Part shown: positions 17,501 through 24,727 of the stretch, one piece after another | Numbering within the stretch: the first letter of the stretch is position 1 | How the letters are laid out: every line of letters begins with the position of its first letter | NCBI GenBank assembly: GCA_002495535.1 | Contig: DAFX01000087.1 | Span: 1-24,727, forward strand | Length of the DNA: 24,727 nt | From: Euryarchaeota archaeon UBA433 | Lineage (GTDB): Archaea; Thermoplasmatota; Poseidoniia; Poseidoniales; Poseidoniaceae | Direction: 5' to 3' | Program-made: the position numbers and the translations under genes | Notes under the pieces: generated by a model | The model's database searches: none | What the model saw: only the letters and a program-made list of their open reading frames with translations | What the model was told of the DNA's origin: nothing

Positions 17501-17885
17501 CATAGGTCCAAACTGATTCCCTGCAAGCCTGATTGAAGTTGTCCATGCCGAAGGCTTCGATGGCTTCATTGCTCATGAGATCCATGCGCTTCTGCACTTC
17601 GATTTCCACGGGTAGGCCGTGAGTGTCCCATCCTCCCTTTCGCTTTACTTGGAAGCCTTCCATCGTCTTCCATCGGCACACGAGGTCCTTGTAGGCTCGA
17701 GCTACGACGTGGTGGATTCCAGGTTTTCCATTTGCGGTGGGAGGGCCCTCTAGGAAGATGAAAGGTGCGCCATTGCTTCGAGAATCAATGGATGTCTGAA
17801 AGGCGTTTTCTTGCTTCCAAGCCTCCAAAAGGGCAGTCTCTAGAGCCACCGCATCCAGTTCGCCAGCAGCATCGGGTTGAGCCAT
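14598..17885 (-). CDS. ileS: Isoleucyl-tRNA synthetase (long, type-2 / archaeal-eukaryotic type)
   Basis: HIGH-type motif PPTANGKPGIHHV, KMSKS (GKKMSKSKGN), and a CP1 editing-domain pattern (TTTPWTLPGN). There is no C-terminal Cys cluster of the bacterial type-1 enzyme. I chose the start at M22 of the track ORF (MAQPDAAGELD..., ATG 17883-17885). That gives the usual spacing of about 49 aa to the GPP...HH motif. Confidence 0.95.
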   Translation of the reverse strand: MAQPDAAGELDAVALETALLEAWKQENAFQTSIDSRSNGAPFIFLEGPPTANGKPGIHHVVARAYKDLVCRWKTMEGFQVKRKGGWDTHGLPVEIEVQKRMDLMSNEAIEAFGMDNFNQACRESVWTYESSWREMTERMAYWVDLDNPYVTLDNNYVESCWWALKQMFDKGLLYRGHKVLPYCPQTGTSYSSHEVALGYKEVEEPSVYVKFKLVDEDASILAWTTTPWTLPGNVGLAVGPEVTYVRARVTEKAENWSGAGGAEVGEIVILAKDLMKEVLRHNVEIIEEVLGKDLVGKAYEPLFPDAVPRNGSQTAWTVLEADWVTTTDGTGVVHTAVMYGEDDYNLGMAAGLPAHHTVGMDGAFIEGTHPELDGRYVKDCDQTVIELLSAEGGSNGKGPSSGLLYREKAYLHDYPHCWRTDHPLLYYAMDSWFVRMTAVKERLLEFNDGVEWAPDWVGEGRFGEWLRNVKDWAISRERYWGTPLPVWRSEKGEMKCVGSIEELQAEVKKATAAGIENPPCPDDVDLHRPVVDAYTLLGEDGTPMHREPFVMDCWFDSGCAPFAQWHHPFDGGETFEASSPVDYICEGVDQTRGWFYTLLAVSTAVFDKPAYKRCLSLGLILDAEGKKMSKSKGNIVDPWDHFNREGADATRWYMVTAGAPWNPLKFDSNGVRETYAKMFLTLWNIYKFHADYAALDGFDPEANQVDVEQRPTLDRWILSRLASTAKAYHADFVAWNFHKACRDLENFVVNDLSNWYVRRSRRRLWDDAESTDKLACQHTLHEVLTTVCKLMAPVSPFMVDVIHRNLTGNTVHQAAWPLGTPGGLEGATADSWDKDAAAATAQLPPQDLDLEGSMALVRELAEVGRRIRVDAGRRQRLPCAQGWIVSGPDLAEFHDILAEELNVEAIEVEQDLDRFQKIELAPNFRALAPKARAEVNAVANEIKNSSDPEALLASIEAGQCEIMGVAIEMTDVELKRAEREGFAASTVQIGQGDEATHISLVLDMNDAPALLSKGLARDITRRIQAKRKTLNMEIEATIDLEIWMQDAPELFDEDQQWIVTETRCSAAVFHPTSEAPHEDADQFEVDGTTVWFAVS

Positions 17886-17976
17886 GCTTCGCCGAGCGGT
17901 GGTATTGTCTTGAACCTCACCCCTCCACTGGCAGCAAAAAACATACATTTTGGAGGGACGAATGACCTCATGAATT

Positions 17977-18009
17977 CATCAAATTGTCGTACTTTCTTTC
18001 AATTTGATG
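17977..18009. promoter_or_regulatory. Perfect 10-bp inverted repeat (CATCAAATTG-N13-CAATTTGATG) in the divergent ileS / giant-surface-protein intergenic region
   Basis: Read directly: 17977-17986 catcaaattg and 18000-18009 caatttgatg are exact reverse complements, with a 13-nt T-rich spacer. The repeat lies 39 nt upstream of the ATG at 18048. An adjacent TGAATTCA palindrome at 17971-17978 partly overlaps the left arm. Confidence 0.4.
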
Positions 18010-18047
18010 GGGCATGATTCAAGTTCTTTGACCGACAGGCGCAGAGC

Positions 18048-21000
18048 ATGGCGGGTGCCTCGGGGCTGAAAACTGCAGTTTTTCTGGGGCTGTTAATGGT
18101 CCTCGGCGGTCCACTTAATGCCATGTTGATCGATGGAAACAACGCCCCAGATTCGAGCCTCAATGAAGCACCAGTTGTTGCATCAGCAATGTCGGGTGAA
18201 AACTCAACATTTTTGCTGCCTGGAAATAACCTCGCAGCCACTTCGTTCACCATTGACGTTCCAAGTGATGCACCAGTGACGAGCGTCCACCTACAAATGG
18301 AACCGACTGTTCAACCGACACAAAGTGGCTTTGTTTGGGATGATAATTCGGCCTGGTCAGCTTCTTCGGCAACCCACAACGGCACGTTCGGGGCAGACGG
18401 TTCCCTCTCAGGTGACGGCGGAGGCACGCTGTGGGATTTTGACACTGGACTTCAGGGATGGACCGTCTCTTCTTCGACCTATATTGGGCCATACACGGCC
18501 GTTTGCGGTAAAAACGGAAGCACAGGTGGTTCGTTCAAGACCCAAGCAAGCAGTACGCCAGAACACGCCACCTCCCCGGTCATCAATCTTGCAGGCGTCA
18601 ACACCATTCCTTTGCACGCTTGGGTTCTCCAAGGATCTTCCAGTTGCGGTGAAGAAGCAGATTCTGGTGAGGATTTGAAGGTTCAATACAAAACCACTTC
18701 CAACACATGGACGACCCTCAACACTTGGTCAGGAGCCCCTATTGGCGGTAACGCCCAACAGTGGATGGGTACCTTGCCCGCAGCTGCGCTTCACTCCACC
18801 AGTCAGATTCGTTTTGAACAAGTACGTGGCTCTGGAACCTGCTGTGATTACTGGTTCATCGACGATGTGCACCTCGCACTCCCGCCTTCCGCAGATTGGA
18901 CAAGCCCTACAATCGGTTTTTCGCAAAACGATTTCCAAACCCTCAACGCAGGCCCTTGGGCCCCTCTGCACCTTGATGTAGAAATTCCTGATGGCGCTTA
19001 CCTCAACTGGACGGTGCTTGATGCGACCAGTGGTGAAGCGATTGTCGGCATGTCTGGCAGTGCAGACAACATCATCCCATTGAACGCACTTGACTGGAAA
19101 ACACATACTTCCATTCAATTGCAACTCTTCCTCACACCGTCTCCAAGTGGAGAGATGCCTACGGTTTACTCCATCAGCGGTGATGGTGCCTATTTTGCCG
19201 CAGCAACCTCAGAATCGGCGTTTGAAGGTTGGACCACAAATCCTGGAGGCGTGCTCTATGTGGAAGCATCCGAATCGCTGGTTGGCGCCGTTGATGACGT
19301 CTTGACTTCACCTTGGTTTACCGCCTCGTCTTCACTTTCAGAGATCAACATCGATGCAGCGGCCAATGGCGTTCAGACCCAATTCAGAACCTCTGTCGAT
19401 CAACCATGGAGCAACATCTCCCTCCCTTACACCATGAATTTGCTCGGGCATGAAGGTTCCATCGGTTCCTATCAAGTTCAATTTGTGGCGTTGCAAAATT
19501 CATCTTCCAACACAACCACCACCGAGCCTTGGGAGGTGTTTGAGTTTGAAACGGGGGCATTTGGAGGCTTACAACCAGCCTCTCCTGCTATTGATTTCGG
19601 TCAAGACGGTGTTCTCGAATGGGGCGGTAGCGATGCTCGTGTTGGATCGTGGGGATGGCAAGACCGGTTTGAAAACGGTCAAACGTCAATCGCTGCCAAC
19701 CCCGGTATCTCTGGAAGTTCATCAGCTAAGGCGTGGGTCCCCGTTGTGGACTTAGCTTCATTCTCTTTCACTGCTGTTTCAAGCGGAGGCTCGTTGGATG
19801 ACGTGGTCTTGCGAATTGGAAACGACCAAATTGCCAATTGGACTGTCGACGGGACGAGTCACTTGGCGCTCAACCAGTCTGAACTTGATTCGATGACCAC
19901 CGTTTTGTCGAGTTTATCTTCCACCGTTGGCGCTCTTGGTACCTCTTTTGCTGAGGTCACATTCGAAGTCGCTGGGACCGGCAACGTCACGCTCGGTGGC
20001 CTGTCCATCCCATACAGCGTCTCCACATCGATTGACGCTTCATCAGATTCTGCCTTTGTCTTGGCCATGAACACGGCCCGTTATGGCTTGGCTTCAAGCA
20101 ATGGTTTGCATCAAATCACCGTGCCGTTCATGTCTGAAACTCCCGGAGGAATCAAAGTTTCAATAGAGGGGCTCAACAGTTCATCAGCGGTTCAACTCCT
20201 AAGTTCAGAGATGCTGATCGACGAGCCAGTTTTGACGCCAAGTCAACGCTGGCAGACGATGAACACGACCTACAACGTATACGGTTCCAGCGCTACAATG
20301 ACCCGACTTCAAGTGACTGATGGTGCGACGACGGGCACCTGGTTGCTGCCATTTAACGGCGGTTCTCCGGTTGGACTTGGGGCTTCTGAACACATTGAAC
20401 TTCACCCGGAACACGCTCTTGTTGTCGTCGAGAGCGGGGTCCAAACCACAACCAGCGTGACGTTCAGAATCGAACCATCTTGGGACGACAGTGAGGTCAT
20501 GACCGCCACCTCAAGGATGGTTCTCTCCAACGGCGTAATCTCAATCCCTTCGGTTCATCAATGGGGCGGTTTTGGTACGCAAGGGTACGAAAATGATTTG
20601 GAGATTCAGGACGTTATCTTCACCGATGTGGAGGCAAACAGAACCCTCACAAGTTCCGATTATTACCTCAAAGCAGGCATCGATGTCCATCTTTCTATGA
20701 GGGTTGGATTCGAAGGGCTTGACTCCATCGATGCCTTTGCAGAAGGCGATGCCCTCGTGTCCTTGTATCGCGGCGAAACGTTGGTTGCCAACACCACATC
20801 GCTTGACGAAAATTTCTGGAATTACACGGATACAATACCGTTCACCTTCGGCGAACTCACGTGGCGGGTTGAGTTGACTTCCCTCAACGGCTCTGGCTTG
20901 ACAGAAGATGCGGTGTTTGAGCGAACCTTCCACATTGATTCAATCAACCCTCAGGTCCTGTCAACTTCGATGGATCTGTACGATCATCGAGCACCTTCAA

Positions 21001-23204
21001 GCACCCAAACGATTCAGATTCAAATCACAGACCAACCCTTACTTCCGACGAATGTCCAGGCGATGGTGTGGAGGGAATGGATTGATGATACAAACCTCAA
21101 CAACTGGCCGGATGCCGATGAATACCAAGGCCTCGGCCTCTATGTACCCAACGATTTGACCACATTGATCGGACAATACACACTTCTTTTGGATGACACA
21201 GGTGGAAGCCTAGGTCAAAAAGTCGCAGTGTACATCTCTGGTATGGATGATGCAGGTCAACACATCGAGAAAGGTGGGACCAACGAAAGTGGTCGTCATC
21301 TGTTCATGTACCAACTTGCCGTTGACGGTGCGCCAACAATAGAACAGGGTGCATTTTCCTACGAATCCGGCCGAGAACCATGGCTTCACCCACAGACGCC
21401 ATACGCCATCAACGTCGATATTTCAGAACCAAACGGGGGTTCAGATTTGACCGATGTCATCGTTGAATTGGCTTCGAACCAAGGCAGTGACCCGCTCCCG
21501 ATTCAATGGGACTTTTCCACTGGCAATTGCACCACTACAAGCCCTCATCTTACTGTGATTGACTGCACGATGTTTGGCGCCAATGGCCCCGCAGACCCCT
21601 ATGAACGAGACATCACCCTGAACATTGAATTCCTTCTGGCATGGACCACTCCAGATTTGGGTGAAACGCGACGAGAACCAGGCGTTCGTGTCATCGATCG
21701 TGCTGGTCAAGAAGTGTTCAAGGCGTTCCCTGAACACCGTTGGCGCTTCTCGGCAGCTATGGAAATTCCAGAGGAATCGGTTGGCTTGGTGCTCTCTCAA
21801 GGTTCATTGCTTGGTGATGGTGCTCGATTGGCTCCAAACAGTCCGATGGAAATCGCTGGTGGTGTTGTGTTCAGTCAAACCAATGCGGTGCCGGTGTTTG
21901 ATTGCACGATCGACGTGTTGTTCGCTGGTGATACCTATTCGGCGACCACCTTCGAAGGCATTTGGTCGATGGAACTGCAAGCACCTGCAGAATCTGGAAC
22001 ACTCCCGCTCACCTGGAGCGTTGGCTGTTTGCAAGGGCAAGGCGTCGATGCTACCGATAAGGAAACTTCAGTGCGATGGATTGTCATCGACGGAACGGGT
22101 CCCGAACCTGTGGAGGTCCTCAACCCGAGACCAGCAGCGGTGCTGGCAGCGGACGTGCACGAAGTCCGTGTCCTGCTTTCAGAGGAGGGTGGACTTGAAG
22201 TCGATTCATTGGAACTTGTCTGGTGGGTCGAAGAAAAAGAAACGGGCGATCGATTGCGAAATGGAGTCGAGCCCCTCACTTTGGTTGGCAACGAGATTTC
22301 CGGTCTTCGATTGGAAGTGTTTGGAAGCATTGACCTCAGTGTCATCACGCCAACCATGCTGGAAAACCGTCTCGAATTGCACGTCGTTGTCGCAGGTAGA
22401 GACCTCGCCGACAACGAAATCCTCGGCCTCGGTGCAACGCCAGCAGGAACCCCAGTTGGTATCTGGGACATGGAATGGCTCAAGCCAGAATTTGAGATTT
22501 CACAAGGTTCGGTCGAATACTCTCGACTGATCATTGAAGTCGGCCAGACCTCAATCGTTACTGCGTATGTGAAGAACACCGGCACGCTTGACGGCAGCGT
22601 CGATATCGTGTTCACAATCGTTGATGCGGACGGCAACAGGTCGACTTTGCGTCGAACGAATGCAGCGGTGCCTCAAGGTGGGGAAGTTCCAGTTCAAGTG
22701 GATTGGAACCCCGATGCTGCAGGTCTCCAATGGATTGAAGTGACGCTCGAGAATGATCTCTCATCAAGTGGGCCTTCTATCGATGTCCGCCCTCCTCGAG
22801 AGGAATCCTTCACAGAACGAGTGTTTGGCGACATCAATCCCGTGATTGGAAGCGTCGCAGGTTTGCTCTTTGTTTCAATCCTCATCACAGGCCTTCTCTA
22901 TGCTGCTCGCATGACGCGCAAGCGTGGCTCAAAGGCAGAGTATGATTGGGATGAGTATTCATCCGAATTGGAAGATGATGAAGACGAGTACGAAGATGAC
23001 GAGGAAGTTCCAGAGACCACATCCAGTCATGGCTCAGGAGCACAAGCTGGGGCGGCAACCACTGTTGTAGCAACGGCAACCACTGCTGAGGAAGAAGAAA
23101 CCGATTGGGTCCGGGGTTCGGATGGATATTGGTGGTACCACGACAAAGTCGCCGATGAATGGTGGTACAAAGATTCAGAAGGGAACATCGTAAGGCACAA
23201 TTAG
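18048..23204 (+). CDS. Giant (1718 aa) surface protein/adhesin: signal peptide, MAM-like domain, long beta-rich sequon-rich ectodomain, CARDB-like domain, C-terminal TM anchor, acidic cytoplasmic tail
   Basis: Signal peptide MAGASGLKTAVFLGLLMVLGGPLNA. The MAM/choice-of-anchor-like segment TLWDFDTGLQGWTV...SPVINL...IRFEQVRGSGTCCDYWFIDDVHL lies at about nt 18426-18878. The CARDB-like segment VGQTSIVTAYVKNTGTLDGSVDIVFTIV...VPVQVDWNPDAAGLQWIEVTL lies at about nt 22488-22757. The TM helix VIGSVAGLLFVSILITGLLYAA (nt 22842-22907) is followed by RMTRKRG. There are many N-x-S/T sequons. Confidence 0.85.
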   Translation: MAGASGLKTAVFLGLLMVLGGPLNAMLIDGNNAPDSSLNEAPVVASAMSGENSTFLLPGNNLAATSFTIDVPSDAPVTSVHLQMEPTVQPTQSGFVWDDNSAWSASSATHNGTFGADGSLSGDGGGTLWDFDTGLQGWTVSSSTYIGPYTAVCGKNGSTGGSFKTQASSTPEHATSPVINLAGVNTIPLHAWVLQGSSSCGEEADSGEDLKVQYKTTSNTWTTLNTWSGAPIGGNAQQWMGTLPAAALHSTSQIRFEQVRGSGTCCDYWFIDDVHLALPPSADWTSPTIGFSQNDFQTLNAGPWAPLHLDVEIPDGAYLNWTVLDATSGEAIVGMSGSADNIIPLNALDWKTHTSIQLQLFLTPSPSGEMPTVYSISGDGAYFAAATSESAFEGWTTNPGGVLYVEASESLVGAVDDVLTSPWFTASSSLSEINIDAAANGVQTQFRTSVDQPWSNISLPYTMNLLGHEGSIGSYQVQFVALQNSSSNTTTTEPWEVFEFETGAFGGLQPASPAIDFGQDGVLEWGGSDARVGSWGWQDRFENGQTSIAANPGISGSSSAKAWVPVVDLASFSFTAVSSGGSLDDVVLRIGNDQIANWTVDGTSHLALNQSELDSMTTVLSSLSSTVGALGTSFAEVTFEVAGTGNVTLGGLSIPYSVSTSIDASSDSAFVLAMNTARYGLASSNGLHQITVPFMSETPGGIKVSIEGLNSSSAVQLLSSEMLIDEPVLTPSQRWQTMNTTYNVYGSSATMTRLQVTDGATTGTWLLPFNGGSPVGLGASEHIELHPEHALVVVESGVQTTTSVTFRIEPSWDDSEVMTATSRMVLSNGVISIPSVHQWGGFGTQGYENDLEIQDVIFTDVEANRTLTSSDYYLKAGIDVHLSMRVGFEGLDSIDAFAEGDALVSLYRGETLVANTTSLDENFWNYTDTIPFTFGELTWRVELTSLNGSGLTEDAVFERTFHIDSINPQVLSTSMDLYDHRAPSSTQTIQIQITDQPLLPTNVQAMVWREWIDDTNLNNWPDADEYQGLGLYVPNDLTTLIGQYTLLLDDTGGSLGQKVAVYISGMDDAGQHIEKGGTNESGRHLFMYQLAVDGAPTIEQGAFSYESGREPWLHPQTPYAINVDISEPNGGSDLTDVIVELASNQGSDPLPIQWDFSTGNCTTTSPHLTVIDCTMFGANGPADPYERDITLNIEFLLAWTTPDLGETRREPGVRVIDRAGQEVFKAFPEHRWRFSAAMEIPEESVGLVLSQGSLLGDGARLAPNSPMEIAGGVVFSQTNAVPVFDCTIDVLFAGDTYSATTFEGIWSMELQAPAESGTLPLTWSVGCLQGQGVDATDKETSVRWIVIDGTGPEPVEVLNPRPAAVLAADVHEVRVLLSEEGGLEVDSLELVWWVEEKETGDRLRNGVEPLTLVGNEISGLRLEVFGSIDLSVITPTMLENRLELHVVVAGRDLADNEILGLGATPAGTPVGIWDMEWLKPEFEISQGSVEYSRLIIEVGQTSIVTAYVKNTGTLDGSVDIVFTIVDADGNRSTLRRTNAAVPQGGEVPVQVDWNPDAAGLQWIEVTLENDLSSSGPSIDVRPPREESFTERVFGDINPVIGSVAGLLFVSILITGLLYAARMTRKRGSKAEYDWDEYSSELEDDEDEYEDDEEVPETTSSHGSGAQAGAATTVVATATTAEEEETDWVRGSDGYWWYHDKVADEWWYKDSEGNIVRHN

Positions 23205-23221
23205 GATGGGCGTTGAGTTCA

Positions 23222-24727
23222 ATGAACCGCACAATTGCACTGCTCCAAGTCGACTCGACGGTTGGTGACCTTCGTGGCAACGCCACCCGACTCGAATCAC
23301 TTGCTCACCAAGCAGCAAAAAAAGGCGCGGCGCTCGCTCTGAGCACTGAACTTGCGATCTGTGGCTACCCTCCAAGAGACCTGCTCTTACAAACTGAATT
23401 TGTAGAACGGGCCCAACATCGAGCCAGTCGGCTGAACGTCCCCCTTCCAGTGCTGGTTGGCACCCCCCTCGTCCCAGACCAAGACAAACAATTACCAAGC
23501 AATGGCGTGGTTCGGTGCGGTCCACATCTCGCCACTTCTGAACACAGCAACCGTGTGGTGGCTCGAAAACAATTGCTTCCCACCTACGATGTGTTCGATG
23601 AAGCGCGCTATTTCAAACCAGACAATCGATCCGGTATTGCTCGAACAATCGCAGGCTTGGACCTGGGCGTGACCGTGTGCGAGGACGCGTGGCAAGCGGC
23701 CGGCATGACACCATCCGCTTACGCTGCAGACCCGATAGAATCCCTTGCAGAATGGGGGCGTCAAGGGGTGCAATTGGACGCTACAGTCAATCTTTCAGCC
23801 TCGCCATATCACGCCGATAAACTCGCAGACCGCATTCATGTGTGCCGTACTGCAGCCTCAGTGCTCGGTCACCCGTTCCTGATGGCGAATCAAGTCGGTG
23901 GGAACGACGATTTGTTGTTCGATGGAAACTCGCTTGCGGCTTGGCCAGACGGTCAGGTGGTCATTGCACCTGCATGGCAAGAAGGCGTTCTAATGATTGA
24001 TCTTGATGACCCTTCGTCGTGCGAATGGATCGCTTCTGACGCCTCAGATGCGCTTCACGTTGGCCAAGATACTTTGCGCTTTGTTGGACCTGATTCGGAC
24101 GGTCGAGAGCATGAACGGGAAGTCCTCGAAGACCTGGCTGATGCTGTCGTCACTGGCCTGTCGGATTATTGCCGCAAATCAGGCATCACTTCGATTGTCC
24201 TCGGCTTATCTGGTGGCATCGATTCTGCAGCAGCTGCGTGCGTAGCAGCAGCCGCAGTAGGTCCTGAACATGTCACGGGGCTTGCCATGCCATCACGACA
24301 CTCCTCGCAGCATTCGATCGATGATGCCGCCCACACTGCAAATGCTCTCGGGCTCGTGTTCGAAACGATTGCGATCGATTCTATGCATCGCTCCGTTGAA
24401 TCTTCGATTGGGGAGATGTTGCAAGATGGTGCCCCGGTTGCGGGTGAGAACTTGCAAGCACGATTGAGAGGCTTGATCGTGATGGCGCACGCCAACGCAC
24501 AAGGGAGCATGGCGATTGCTACAGGAAACAAATCTGAATTGGCTCAAGGCTATTGCACCCTCTATGGGGATATGGCTGGCGGTTACACTCCACTGGGAGA
24601 CCTCTACAAAATGCAAGTCTATGGTTTGGCAGAGGTGTTCAATCGCAGGGCGGTTGCGGCAGGTAGCCCAGCACCGGTCAACGAATCGACCATGACCAAA
24701 CCGCCTTCTGCTGAACTCGCACCTGAT
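23222..24727 (+). CDS. nadE: Glutamine-dependent NAD+ synthetase (N-terminal CN-hydrolase/nitrilase domain + NAD synthetase domain), 3'-truncated by the window edge
   Basis: Not in the ORF track because no stop codon is reached. My manual translation from ATG 23222 is open for 502 codons to the end of the window. It reads MNRTIALLQVDSTVGDLRGN..., STELAICGYPPRDLL, KQLLPTYDVFDEARYF, and VTVCEDAW (catalytic Cys). It continues with the PP-loop LGLSGGIDSA, ENLQARLRG and TGNKSELAQGYCTLYGDMAGGYTPLGDLYK. Confidence 0.9.
   Translation, partial: MNRTIALLQVDSTVGDLRGNATRLESLAHQAAKKGAALALSTELAICGYPPRDLLLQTEFVERAQHRASRLNVPLPVLVGTPLVPDQDKQLPSNGVVRCGPHLATSEHSNRVVARKQLLPTYDVFDEARYFKPDNRSGIARTIAGLDLGVTVCEDAWQAAGMTPSAYAADPIESLAEWGRQGVQLDATVNLSASPYHADKLADRIHVCRTAASVLGHPFLMANQVGGNDDLLFDGNSLAAWPDGQVVIAPAWQEGVLMIDLDDPSSCEWIASDASDALHVGQDTLRFVGPDSDGREHEREVLEDLADAVVTGLSDYCRKSGITSIVLGLSGGIDSAAAACVAAAAVGPEHVTGLAMPSRHSSQHSIDDAAHTANALGLVFETIAIDSMHRSVESSIGEMLQDGAPVAGENLQARLRGLIVMAHANAQGSMAIATGNKSELAQGYCTLYGDMAGGYTPLGDLYKMQVYGLAEVFNRRAVAAGSPAPVNESTMTKPPSAELAPD

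Noticed and set aside
17886-17948. The 5'-extended start codons offered by the ORF track: ileS at 17948, the BNR protein at 13813, the BtuF-like protein at 14650, thioredoxin at GTG 6242, and the membrane protein at TTG 754
   Set aside because: The extensions add non-conserved residues, for example MYVFCCQWRGEV... on ileS. They also bury the signal peptide of the BNR protein or overlap the upstream gene. The internal ATGs give canonical N-termini. This is a judgement call and has not been proven.
21625-22530. A 301-aa plus-strand ORF, together with the 233-aa minus-strand ORF at 21935-22636, inside the giant surface gene
   Set aside because: Both are fully embedded in a different frame or strand of a 1718-aa ORF that has coherent domain signals. 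Their translations are R/S/C/W-rich low-complexity sequence with no motifs, which is typical of shadow ORFs in moderately GC-rich coding DNA.
22842-23204. PGF-CTERM/PEF-CTERM (archaeosortase) or LPXTG-type sorting signal at the C-termini of the surface proteins
   Set aside because: Those signals end within a few basic residues after the TM helix. Here the TM is followed by cytoplasmic tails of about 90-100 aa, and no PGF or LPXTG tripeptide precedes it.

Overview
Gene-dense, about 24.7 kb window with no rRNA, tRNA, CRISPR array, transposase or integrase that I could recognise. Housekeeping genes I am confident of are cysS, ileS, a thioredoxin, an archaeal-type MutS2/MutS5-like ATPase and a glutamine-dependent NAD+ synthetase. 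The NAD+ synthetase runs off the 3' end and is therefore absent from the supplied ORF track. Interleaved with these are secreted or surface-anchored proteins: an LTD-amidohydrolase fusion of 930 aa, an S15/CocE-NonD-type peptidase lipoprotein, a BNR/Asp-box propeller lipoprotein, and a 1718-aa MAM-like/CARDB giant surface protein. Several traits suggest an archaeal origin, possibly Thermoplasmatota or Marine Group II-like: no Shine-Dalgarno motifs, very short intergenic gaps, a long type-2 IleRS, a MutS2 with an N-terminal HhH and no Smr domain, and sequon-rich surface proteins with a C-terminal TM plus acidic tail. This origin is an inference, not a database result. The most interesting locus is a single-gene, markedly low-GC islet at 10586-12325 on the minus strand, inserted into a co-directional array of core genes. 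Its 579-aa product shows, by eye, an N-terminal CCCH-type Cys/His cluster, a long helical middle, and a C-terminal segment matching the conserved motifs of Zc3h12a/Regnase-type NYN (PIN-like) RNases. That makes it a candidate undescribed archaeal RNA-targeting or defence effector. All domain calls come from motif reading only, since no searches could be run.
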